A stretch of DNA of 64,000 bases from contig NC_058368.1 in assembly GCF_018350175.1 (NCBI RefSeq), positions 115,942,001 to 116,006,000 of the forward strand, written 5' to 3'. Positions 26,951-37,520 of this stretch are shown here, in pieces. Numbering within the stretch: position 1 is the first letter of the stretch; each line of letters starts with the position of its first letter. The position numbers and the translations under genes were made by a program. Below the pieces are notes generated by a model. That model was not told the origin of the DNA. It searched no databases and saw only the letters and a list, made by a program, of their open reading frames with translations. This stretch comes from Felis catus. Lineage: Eukaryota.

Positions 26951-27080
26951 TCTCGCTGCTGCCGCTGCTGCTGCCGCTGCTGCTGCTGCTGCCGCTGCTG
27001 CTGCTGCTGTCGCTGTAGCTGCTGCACCGAGCCTTCTCCAGTGGCGGCGGCGGCAGCGCTGAGCAGCAAACCTGCCGCAT
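26342..27080 (-). CDS. NRG2: Neuregulin 2 (pro-neuregulin-2), coding part of exon 1 (246 codons + 1 nt, phase-1 intron follows)
   Basis: Translation MRQVCCSALPPPPLEKARCSSYSD-(poly-Ser)-ISRPAAPPEPRP...GGMRRDPAPGFSMLLFGVSLACYSPSLKSVQDQAYKAPVVVEGKVQG...LERNQRYIFFLEPTEQPLVFKTAFAPIDTNGKNLKKEVGKILCTDC matches the NRG2 N-terminus as I recall it. ATG is at 27080-27078; similarity ends at a canonical donor G|GTGAGT (26342|26341-26336). Confidence 0.97.
26877..27008 (-). repeat. Interrupted (AGC/CAG)n coding trinucleotide repeat, 44 codons, poly-Ser in the NRG2 frame
   Basis: Minus strand: (AGC)5 GGC (AGC)5 GGC (AGC)3 GGC (AGC)2 GAG AGG (AGC)11 GAG (AGC)3 AGG (AGC)5 AAC (AGC)2. Longest pure run is 11 units at 26916-26948. 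Confidence 0.97.
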
Positions 27081-27460
27081 CTGGCCAGGCCATTTGGGGG
27101 GCTCCGCCGCTCCGCCGCCGCCGCCTTGGGAGGGGAAACAGAGCCCGCTAGAAAACCGGAAACAGCGTAACGTTAGCGCCTCGTAGCCCTCCACCGGCAG
27201 CCCGGGGAGGCGGCCCAGCTAGGGCAGGGGGCAGGCGGCAAGCGGGCCGCGATGCGCAGCGCGGAGCCGCGCGGCGCTCCCACCCTGCGCGCCAGGACCT
27301 GGAGGAGGATGCGGAGAATAGGACGCCCGCCCACTTGCTCTCTCGCGCCCCCTCTACCCCCGGACCGAGTGAGGAGCGCGGCTTCTGCAGGGGAAGCTTG
27401 GGACTGCACTGCCTTAGCGCCCGGCTTCGGGGCCCGCAGGGAAGCGGGAGGAATCGCGCT
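27081..27460 (-). promoter_or_regulatory. NRG2 5'UTR and TATA-less GC-rich core promoter (TSS not determinable)
   Basis: Directly upstream of the ATG. GC-box-like CGCCCGCCC near 27324, ETS-like ACCGGAAA near 27155, short GGC repeat near 27105-27125; no TATA seen. Confidence 0.65.
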
Positions 27461-28339
27461 ACCTTAGCTCTTGGGATTTATGGGCAGGACAGTAGGGCAG
27501 TGTGTGACGAGAGGACGGAGTAGAGATAAGGGATTCTGGCACCGTCCTATGAAAGTGGGAGTGGGACACAGGGTGTGCCCCTGCCTTTTGGCCATCAGCT
27601 GGAGCAGCCAGGGAGATTTCCACGCGAGGTGTGGCGGGCCAGCCCTCCACCTCCTGGGTTGCCCCCTTCCTTGGCAGGACCCTAGAGGCCGGCCCCTAGT
27701 CGACCCCACGTGTTCGGCCCTGCCAACACCTAGTGAGCTCTAGAGGTATGAATTGAGGTGGGGAAGGATTCCAGTCCCATCATTTTTGGAAAGAGTTAGG
27801 GCTACGTGGAGTCTTGTCTCTGCATCGAGGACACCTAACGCCACCAGGGTGGTGGCTGGGAGTGGGTCCATTCCCAAGACTCTGGGCTTTCTGCAGCTGC
27901 TAGACAGGGCCAGGCGCTGCACAACCTCATCTTCTTTTAAAAAGCTGTTCCCTAAGGGAGGTAGGGGGCTTCTCGGGAGCCAGCTTGAGAGCCAGAGCCT
28001 GTCAGGGCCAGAGGCTGGCTGCTCCATAGGAAAAGGTTTCTTTGTAGAAGTCTGATGCTTGCAAGAGGCAGAAGGGTTTGGTCCACTGGAGCCGGCATCT
28101 GATTTAAAAAAGCAAATCCAGGATCCATTCTCCTCCTATCAATAAGGATCTAGTTTTCAATACCCAGCTTATTCTTATATCCTTGAAGGATGTGGAACTC
28201 AGGAATTCTACTCAGGTCTTAAAGAATTTTACCCCTGCCTGGGCCCCGCAGGAAGCCAGCCCAGGGATGTCTGGCTTAGGCTTGGACGGCTATTCTGGAA
28301 AGGAAGGATGGAGCTAAACCTTCCCTAGCTGTCGAAGAG

Positions 28340-29220
28340 ACACCTCAAACTTAACATATCCAAAGCCAACAGTGTTATTTCTCCCACCCCACTCTAAACT
28401 CGCTATAGTTGTCAATGGCAGTATTTTATACTTGGCCACCTGGTCCCTTCAAATAAGTCCCGTGGTCTCCCCTTATTTTCCCTCATGCAATCAATCACCA
28501 AGTCCTTCTGCTCTACCTTTTAAAAAATCTCCAGTGTATCCTCTCCAGCCCTGCTGTGAATGCCTGAGGTCCAAGTGCTCATCATCTCTCACCTCAGCTA
28601 CCACCACACTTCCTAACTAGTCTCTGCACCCTTTGCCCCATCGCCCTCCTCCAGTGCTACCACCGTCAGAGTCACCCTTCTAAAGATGAAATGTAGATAT
28701 GAGTTGGCCATGCCACTGCTCGGAGGAATCAAGTCCACAGACTCTTCAGCATGACTCTTCATGGGCTCCCTCTACCTAACCAGCTCCATACGCTGGGAGC
28801 CAACCCACCACCCCAGGAATCCTCAGCACAGCATGCTGTTTCTTGCTGTGCTTCCACAGACAATGCCTCTTGTGTCCAGAAGCCTTACCTCAACCTTGTC
28901 CATCTGGGAAAACTATTCTTTCCCCAAGGCCCAGCTCAGCATTATACCTCATCTCCCCCTTCCTCACATCTACCTCCATCCCCAGAACCATACACATAAC
29001 ATGATGGAATTAATCCCTTCCTCTTTCGTGTAACCATGGGCCTCATACATATTACTGGATGGCACCGACCTATACTAAAAGCAGCTGTTAGTGGGTTTGC
29101 ATTAGACCCATTAGACCAGGCACCTTAACGGCAGGGACTGTGTCCTATTAGTCTCTGGAGCACTATAACACAGTGGCTGGCATAGAACAGAGATCAGCAA
29201 ATCTTCAGTGAAGAAAGGAG
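28340..29220 (+). mobile_element. Degraded L2 LINE
   Basis: cacctcaaacttaacatatccaaa...caatcaatcaccaagtcc...ggcagggactgtgtc...cacagtggctggcatag L2 3' motifs. Confidence 0.7.
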
Positions 29221-30217
29221 GGAAGGAAGAAAACGATCTAAAGTCAGCTCTCTTAAGAGAGCCAGTCTTGTTGGCCCCTTCAATGTTCCCCTTTATATTT
29301 TCGTAGATCACGATCTCCCATGTCACAGAACGTCACTGTAAGGAATATTGCTAACTTCACTCTCCTGTTTCTCAGTGGACCACCCAGTCCCAGGGAGGAA
29401 AAGGAACTTACTCAAGATCACACACAGCCAGGACTGTACTGAGACCTCGGTTCCGGAGACCAGAGTGGTAAAGAACTTGCGCTCTGGGGTCAAGCAGAGC
29501 TGGGTTTCAAATCAGTTTTGTAATTCACAGACTTTGGGATGAGCCCATTTTTCTCTCTAGGCCTTCGTTTCCTCATATGTATGATGGAGATCATCATAGG
29601 GTTTACCCCATAAAGTTGTTTCATTGCTCGTTATATACTAATATCCAGTTGAATGGCTCCTCTGTGCCAAACACTGAGGCACACTACAGGCCACTGGATA
29701 TGCTGCAGGGAACCAAACTGACACTGTCCCTGCTCTTAAAGCCTGTACTGTTGGGAAAAGCAACAGTAAACAAATAGACAGATAGGTAACTAATTGCTTA
29801 TAGAGGTTCGTCTCCTGAAGGAAATCAATAGGATGAAATGATAGGGAATAATGGAAAGGGGAGAGGGCAGGTAAACTTGGATGCTAGAAAGCTTCTCTGA
29901 GGAGATAACACTTAAGCTGAGAGAAGGAGTTGAAGGATGTGGATTATATGCGATAATAAGTGTAAAGTGCTTAGAACAATGCCTGATACAGAGTAAGGGC
30001 CGAAATTAATGTTGAATATTACTGTTAACTTTCTTATACCAGTGGTTCCCAACTTAGAGCTGAGAATCTCTAAGTGCTGTGTAGTTAATGTACACTTGAA
30101 CTTTCTGTATATTAACAGATACAATTCAACTTTTCAATAGTAGATGCCACCATGATGAACAAAAACACACATCCTCTTTCCTTTTTTCACAGACCCATTT
30201 TAAAGTATAACAAGACA

Positions 30218-30431
30218 GGGAGCGCCTGGGTGACTCAATCAGTTGAACGTCTGACTTCGGCTCAGGTCATGATCTCATGGTTCTTGAGTTCGAGCCCCAT
30301 GTCAGGCTCTGTGCTCGCAGCTCAGAGCCTAGAGCCTGCTTCAGATTCTGTGTCTCCCTCTCTCTTCTCCCCTCCCCTGCTTGTGCTCTGTCTGTCTCTC
30401 TCTCTCAAAAATAAACAAACGTTAAAAATAA
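30218..30431 (+). mobile_element. Carnivore SINE
   Basis: 19-bp TSD tttaaagtataacaagaca. Confidence 0.96.
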
Positions 30432-30759
30432 TTTAAAGTATAACAAGACATTGTTAGGTATGAAGAACAGTGGAAAGATATCCTATCATTTCGTCTTGTT
30501 TTAAAGGATAAATATGTAAGTATTTATAAAGCATAGATTACCTTTGAAAGGACACAGCAGAAACTGAAATAACAGTGGGCTCTGGGAAGGGCACTGAGTG
30601 ACTGAGGAGCGAGTGAAAGTACTATACCCTTTTGTACTGTGTGAATGTTATATCAGGCTCGTATACTACCTGTTTGAAAAAAAATGTTTCAGAGGATCCT
30701 CTAACTTCATACTGTTTCTAATTGTTATCATGTATGTTCTTAATCAAAAGCTACTTCCA

Positions 30760-30968
30760 GGGCACCTGGGTGGCCCAGTCGGTTAAGCACCTGACTTCGG
30801 CCCAGGTCATGATCTTGCAGTTTGTGAGTTCAAGCCCTGCGTCGGGCTCTGTGCTGACAGCTCAGAGCCTGGAACCTGCTTTGGATTCTGTGTCTCCATC
30901 CTTCTCTTCCCCTTCTCTGCTTGCATGCTCTCTCTCAAAAATAAACAAACATTTAAAAAACTTTTTTA
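30760..30968 (+). mobile_element. Carnivore SINE
   Basis: TSD aaaagctacttc. Confidence 0.95.
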
Positions 30969-31345
30969 AAAAGCTACTTCAAATAGAACTTTCATTGTAT
31001 GGGATTCCTTGAAATTATTTTTTGGCCTTAAGATGAAAGTCTGATGCTAAAAAGGGTTGGGAATTATTGCATTATAATCTTACCCTCTTCAGAACAAAAG
31101 GAAAGTTTTGAAATCCCAGCAGACTACTAGAATTCCCGTGGCCACAGAAAGTGGGGCCGTAGGCAGAGACTTCTAAGGGGAAGAGAAGTACCTGTCCAGG
31201 TTTCCTGTCCAGCTTCCAGAATTAGCCTCAAGCCTTTAGTATAGAAAAACAGGGTGTCTGGTTTCCTAGAAGGACACACCCAATTGGCTCTTTCCTGGCG
31301 ATCAAAGTGAATTAGTGTGCATGTTTTAGAAAATAAATCTTGATT

Positions 31346-31570
31346 GGGCACCTGGGTGGCTCAATCGGTTGAGCATCCAACTCTTGATTTTGGCTCAAGT
31401 CATGATCTCACTGTTCCTGAGTTCAAGCCCGGCGTCAGGCTCTGTGCTGGCAGCATGGAGCCTGCTTGGGATTCTCAATCTCAAGCTCTCTCTGCCCCTC
31501 CCCTGCTTTCTCTCTGTCTCTCTCTCTCTTTAAAAATGGATAAACATTTTAAAAGTTTAATAGACAAAAA
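31346..31570 (+). mobile_element. Carnivore SINE
   Basis: TSD agaaaataaatcttgat. Confidence 0.95.
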
Positions 31571-32056
31571 AGAAAATAAATCTTGATATTCTGAACCTAC
31601 TAGTCATAATTCAACAACTGATCATAAAAATAATAATGGGCCATTTATTAATGGTCTATCGTATGTCAGGAGCTTCGTGTTTATATTTCCATACCTCAAC
31701 AGTTTTGCATTTTACAAGCTGAAGAGACTTGTAGAGGATTAATAACTTGCCCAAATGACAGAGTTAGGATTCCTGTTCAGGTTCGTCGTTGCCCAAATGC
31801 TTGCTTTGTGCACACCACTGCCACATCTCTCTGCCTCACCCTGTTGTCATCGGAGAGGTCCCTAATCTCTCCCAGATACTTCTATCAGTGGCAGACTATC
31901 TGAAATGTATACCACTGGAGACCAAGGGGTGGAGGCAACATTTTACAAACAGAGGAGGAAAATTGAGACATTGCGAGAATTGATGTGATTTTCCCAAGAT
32001 CACAAAGTCTACTAATAGGGCCAAGATTTATCACAAACTCAAAGCTCACACTTTTG

Positions 32057-32678
32057 GGAGGTTTTTCGTTTGTTTTATTTTTTTCTCTTTATTTTTATTT
32101 TTTCAGCTTAATTGAGGTATCACGGACAAAAGTGTAATATAAAGTGCAAAAGCCAATCGTTTTCTACATAGATAGATAAAGTGTTATCTATACAGTGTTA
32201 TCAACTATACTCACCCTGTGTACTTTAGATCCTAAGAGCTTATTCATTTTATAGATGAAAGTTTACACTCTTTTGCCAATCTCTCCCCCTTCCCCCACTC
32301 CCCAGCCCCTGACAACCGCCATTCTATTCTGTTTCTATAAGTCTAACTTTCATTTTATTTTATTTTATTCTTTTGTTTTGTTGTGTTTTAAGAGTCCACA
32401 CATAAATGATACCGTGCAGTATTCGTCTTCCTGTGTCTGGCTCATTTCGCTTAGCATAATGTCCTCTAGGTTCACCCGTTTGTGGCAAATAGAATTGTTT
32501 TCTTTTTTAAGGCTGAATAATAATAATTTTATAGAGAGTGACATATCCCATCTTTATCCACTCATTCACTGATGGACATCTGGGTTGTTTCTGTACCTTG
32601 GCTGTTGCGAACAGCACTGCCACGAACATGGGAGTGTATAGATATACCTCTTTAAGATAATTGTGTTTCCTGTGGCTC
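32057..32678 (-). mobile_element. 5'-truncated L1 (ORF2 C-terminus + 3'UTR) with TSD
   Basis: Minus ORF contains TPMFVAVLFATAKVQKQPRCPSVNEWI (L1 ORF2 C-term-like). TSD aagctcacacttttg (32042-32056) / aagctcacgcttttg (32679-32693). Confidence 0.88.
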
Positions 32679-33249
32679 AAGCTCACGCTTTTGAACAGAA
32701 CAACCCGGAGAAATAGAAAGCCAGACCTGTTGACTATACCATGGCTCCCCACCAGGTTGTGAAAAAACTGGTTCATGGTAGCAGTGGGCTGTGTCACTAT
32801 ATAATAATCACTGAGAATAAAAACAGAAGTAGACAGAATGGTATAGACATTCTGAATTCGAGATAGAACACCCACATGAAAAGCTTGGCTCCTTCTCCCA
32901 GATCCCTCCTACACAGGATGGGCTTCTTCCAGCTTTAGCCGATTCAGTGGCCATTTCTGGCCACTGAACCAGGTTACACGAGTCACTACGACCAGGAGAA
33001 CTGGCTCGTGGAGGAGATGTGTCTGGCTTTTATGTGGTCGCCGAGTCTTACAAATCCAGCCAAACACTGCAGGACAGTCTCGTTTTCTAAATAAAGACAT
33101 TTTGTAAACTTCTTTTTTCTCCTTTTGAGATCTGTTTTCTAAATTTAGCTTCCAGAGTGACTCTCAGGTTCTGTGTGGTTAATTTCTTTTCCTCCAAGGA
33201 GTTTCAAACAGGGGACTAAACAGAAAACAGATACTGAGAATCTGAGGAT

Positions 33250-34065
33250 ATTAGCCCTGGGAAGGACTTCAGCATCAATGCAGCCCGATGTCTTCTTTTC
33301 TCAGAGGTAGACAGAGGCCACGGAGATGATTTGATTTGCTCAAGGTCACGCAGCTTAGTTAGTGGCAGAAACGGCACCCAAACCTCCACGCCTTGCCTGT
33401 TTTGTGCTGTTTTGTCCAGGGTTCAAAATCCTGGCTCCATCCCTGCTAGAATGTGAGCAGGTCACTTCACCTTTCTAAGCCTTGGTTTCCTTCCCCGCTA
33501 ATACTGGGGTAATGATGTATCTACCTCTTAGGGGTTTTGTGAGGATTCAATGAGATAATTCATGCAAAAGGCTTCACGGTATCTGGCACCGAGTAACTGG
33601 CTGAGAGTGTGAGCGATGGGCTCAGACTGTCCACATCTGAATTCCGGCGCTGCCACTTGCTTAGCCGATTTTTTGGCCGCGTTACTTAACTTCTCTGTGT
33701 CTCTGTGGCCTCAGCTGTAAAATGGGTAAAGTGATAATAGGTTCTCCCTCGTTACAGTTGTTGTGAGGCTTAAATATAATATGTAGGCTGCTTAAAACAA
33801 TGCTTGGCGGGGCGCCTGGGTGGCGCAGTGGGTTGGGCGTCCGACTTCAGCCAGGTCACGATCTCGCGGTCCGTGAGTTCAAGCCCCGCGTCAGGCTCTG
33901 GGCTGATGGCTCGGAGCCTGGAGCCTGTTTCCGACTCTGTGTCTCCCTCTCTCTCTGCCCCTCCCCGGTTCATGCTCTGTCTCTCTCTGTCCCAAAAATA
34001 AAATAAAAAACGTTAAAAAAAAAAACAACAACAACAATGCTTGGCACATGTTAGCTAGTATTAGA
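33250..34065. mobile_element. Cluster of MIR elements (one minus, two plus)
   Basis: Repeated MIR cores (gggttcaaaatcctggctcc, ctgaattccggcgctgccacttgc...ctgtaaaatggg, ttgtgaggat). Confidence 0.7.
33809..34032 (+). mobile_element. Young felid SINE (SINEC_Fc-like) inside MIR
   Basis: CpG-rich body gtccgacttcagccaggtcacgatctcgcggtccgtgag; TSD aacaatgcttggc. Confidence 0.95.
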
Positions 34066-35766
34066 ATAACCGCTCTTCTTATTCTAAGTAACTAGACTTT
34101 ACCCCAAATTCAGTGGTTTTAAAACCACCCATTGTCCTATGTTTTGAACACATGCTAAAATTCTTAGGAGTAGGGCCTGATGTTTGTTTGTTTGCTTGCT
34201 TGTTTATTTAATTATTTATGCAAAGTCACAGCATTGATAGTCCCAGCTCCCAATGAAGGGAGGACAGGGTTCAATAATTTATAGCCTAGGGCTGTGTCAG
34301 ACGCCCAAGGGTTTCTACTCTCCAATTTGCTGGAAAGGGCAGCACCCCCTCTGTCTGAGTCCTTCCATCTGGGATAATAATACTTATTTCTTTGTAAAGT
34401 GCTTGGAGACCTTCAGATGAAAAGTGCTATGTGAGCACAAATTATTATCTCTTTTCCAGATATCACTTTTAGATTCAAATCCAGAAGCTCCCCGAAACGG
34501 AGCACAGCAGAGGTATAATCTGGACATAGATGATCAGGTTCACGTTGTCACCTTCAGATAGTACCTTCCTGCTTCACCCCATCATTCCTTCTCTTTTACA
34601 TGTCAGAGTGTATCTAATTGGGACTGGGGAAAAATGAGACACCCCCAAGCTGGATGTTTTTGCTGGTCAGCATTCAAAGATTTTCCTCCCTCTGTTTTCC
34701 TGATTTGTGTATTTGGAATCCTCTCCTGAGGTCAACAGGAACTCTGAGGTTGATTCAACTCTGGGGGCGTGAAGCAGAACGAGAAGAAGAAATTATTCTT
34801 ATTCCCAAATCCTCAGGCTAGTGTACCTTTGAGTGTCCAATTCAACCTTGTCTCTACCTCATAATTTCCAATTCATGTGCATTCTTTTTCATTTGCTTCC
34901 TAGACACTTCCAATGTGTCCAAGGTCAGAAATGTTAAGACTTCACCTTTCCTGAATTTTCTTTCTGATTCATAAGCTTATTTATTCACTCTACCAGAAAG
35001 CACTTATTGAAAACCTACTATGCATACTGACCCAGATGCTAAAGAAATAATTGTCTTGGTTCCTTTTAGCTTGAGCTAAAATCTAGGCCGAATTAAAGTC
35101 AGGAGCTAACACTTGCCCTTGGCCACCCCTCTACTCCTTCTATCCCTCCCCTCTCCCTGGGCCAATGTGCACACACTTTTCTCCTATGATGTCACCCTCC
35201 TCTTTGCTTCTCAGGCTCAATGACCCACTGTTCTCTCAGCTCCTCCAATTCTGAGGGCACAGAGAGTTTGTCGTGCAAATGAGAGGTCCTCAATGTTTGC
35301 TGAACATAACAAGCTCAATTCCACTAAGGGGTTAATATCTATTAAGGCCTAATGCATTATATTCTTTAAGTTGTGGCTTAGTTTCTAAAACATCCCACAT
35401 TATTCATTCCAAAATAAAGTTATTCCCCCCAAAAATGTCATTCGTTCCTACTTTTTAAAAATCCATATAATTAATATTTATTTTGCCATTTATCACTCAA
35501 AACTATTTTCAGTGCCTGCTCTAGACCAAGCTTTATCCAAGATGATGAGAATGCAGGTACAAGTAAGACACACGAAGTCCCTGCTCCTGAAGAGCTTACG
35601 CTTTTAAAGGGAGACAGACGCTAAAAAGGAAATGACATAAAACATTTTAGCAAGAGAAAGAAAAGAGGAAGAGAGAGTGTGTGAGTATGACTAGATTGGA
35701 AGTGACCCGAACAGACTGCCACTCACAGGGCTGGCCTCTCTAAGGAGGCAGGATTTGAGCTGAGAT

Positions 35767-35971
35767 TTTTTTTTAATGTTTATTTATTTTTGAGAGAGAG
35801 AGAGGGGGAGAGAGGGAGGGACAGAGAGAGGGGGAGACACAGAATCTGAAGCAGGCTCCAGGCTCCGAGCTGTCAGCCCAGAGCCCGATGCGGGGCTCGA
35901 ACCCACAAACCGTGCGATCATGACCTGAGCCGAAGTCGGGTGCTTAAACGACTGAGCCACCCAGGTGCTCC
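35767..35971 (-). mobile_element. Carnivore SINE
   Basis: TSD tgagctgagat. Confidence 0.94.
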
Positions 35972-36133
35972 TGAGCTGAGATCTTAAGGAGGAAGAGGAG
36001 TAGACATACAAAACTCTGGGAGCAGAGCATTTGAGGCAGAGGGGAGAGCACCATACAAAGGACCTGAGGCAACGACAAACTTGACAAGATCAGAGTGGGG
36101 AAGGAAGGCCACTGAGACTGGAAATTGTTATAA

Positions 36134-36344
36134 TTTTTTTAATGTTTATTTATTTTGAGAGAGAGAGCGCATGTGCACACAAGTGTGGGAGGGGAGAGAG
36201 AGAGTGAGAGAGAGAGAATCCCAAGCAGGCTCCATGCTGTCAGCGCAGAGCCCCACGTGGGGTTCAATCCCATGACCCTGAGATCACGACCAGAGCCAAA
36301 ATCAAGAGTCGGAGGCTCCACCGACTGAGCCACCCAGGCACCCC
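36134..36344 (-). mobile_element. Carnivore SINE
   Basis: TSD gaaattgttat. Confidence 0.94.
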
Positions 36345-37073
36345 AGAAATTGTTATGTCAAGGGGAAAAGCGTGGCATGGAATGAGGTTAGGGAGATAAG
36401 TAGGGATCAGACTTAGGCTGAGCCTTGCATGCTATTGTAGGTGTGGATTTTCTTCTACGTACAATGAGAAGTCACTGGAGGGTTTAAGTAAGAGGAATGA
36501 CATCGTTTGGTTTATGTACAAAAGAGATCACTCTCAAATATGGGACAGAGACTGTAATGGTTACAAGAGTGAAAGCAAAGAGAGCATTTAGGAAGCTGTT
36601 AGAGTAGTGTGGGTAGGAGGTGACAGTGGCTTAGACTGGGGTAGTGGCAGAAGAGATGAAAAATGGGTGGAATTCAAAATGTAATTTGAAGGTGGAACCA
36701 ACAAGGCTTGCTGGAAGATTGGGTGAAGTGAGTACAGAAAATAAAGTGATCGAGGATGACTCAAATTTTGGCTTGAGTAACTGGACAGATCGGGATAGGA
36801 AACTTAGCAAGTAACATAATGGGGCTGGAAGAAAAAAGAAAATTCTAGTTTTGACATGGTAACAGTGAGACACCTGTTAGACGTTTAAATGGAAGTTCAA
36901 GGACCAGCTGGATAGTTAAGTCTGGACTTGAAACGAGAGGTCAGAGTTAGAGGTCTAAATTTGGGCATCCACATAGAGATGTTATGTAAAGCTATAGAAT
37001 GGGATAAAAAGATGAAATCAGAAATTTGATTGGGAAGATCTAGAACTACCCTGTCCAATAAAAATATATGTGA

Positions 37074-37278
37074 GGGACGCCCAGGTGGCTCAGTTGGTTA
37101 AGCCTCTGACTCTTGATTTCAGCTCAGGTCATGATCTCATGATTTGTGAGATAGAGCCCCACATGGGGCTCTGTGCTGACAGTGTGGAGACTGCTTGGGA
37201 TTCTCTCTCTCCCTGTCTCTCTGCCCCTCCCCTGCTTGCACATGCTCTCTCTCTCTCAAAATAATAAATAAACTAAAT
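37074..37278 (+). mobile_element. Carnivore SINE
   Basis: TSD atatatgtga. Confidence 0.93.
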
Positions 37279-37312
37279 ATATATATGTGAAACACCATGT
37301 AATTTTGAATTT

Positions 37313-37341
37313 TATTTTTTAAATTTCTTTTAATGTTTATT

Positions 37342-37393
<52 letters not shown>

Positions 37394-37520
37394 TCTGAAG
37401 CAGGCTCCAGGCTCTGAGCTGTCAGCCCAGAGCCCAATGCGGGGCTCGAACTCACAAACTATGAGATCATGACCTGAGCCGAAATCGGATGCTCAACAAG
37501 CTGAGCCACCCAGGCGCCCC
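37313..37520 (-). mobile_element. Carnivore SINE with internal deletion and long (GA)n
   Basis: TSD tgtaattttgaatttt / tgtcattttaaatttt. Confidence 0.92.

Larger units (their letters stand above)
25750..27720. promoter_or_regulatory. CpG island covering NRG2 promoter, exon 1 and start of intron 1
   Basis: Very GC- and CpG-rich, densest at about 26180-27460, against a CpG-depleted background. Boundaries estimated by eye. Confidence 0.9.
30040..31069. mobile_element. Putative hAT-Charlie-type DNA transposon remnant carrying nested SINEs
   Basis: Candidate terminal inverted repeats cagtggttcccaac (30040-30053) and gttgggaattattg (31056-31069); 8-bp flanks tcttatac / cattataa with central TA. 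Confidence 0.4.
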
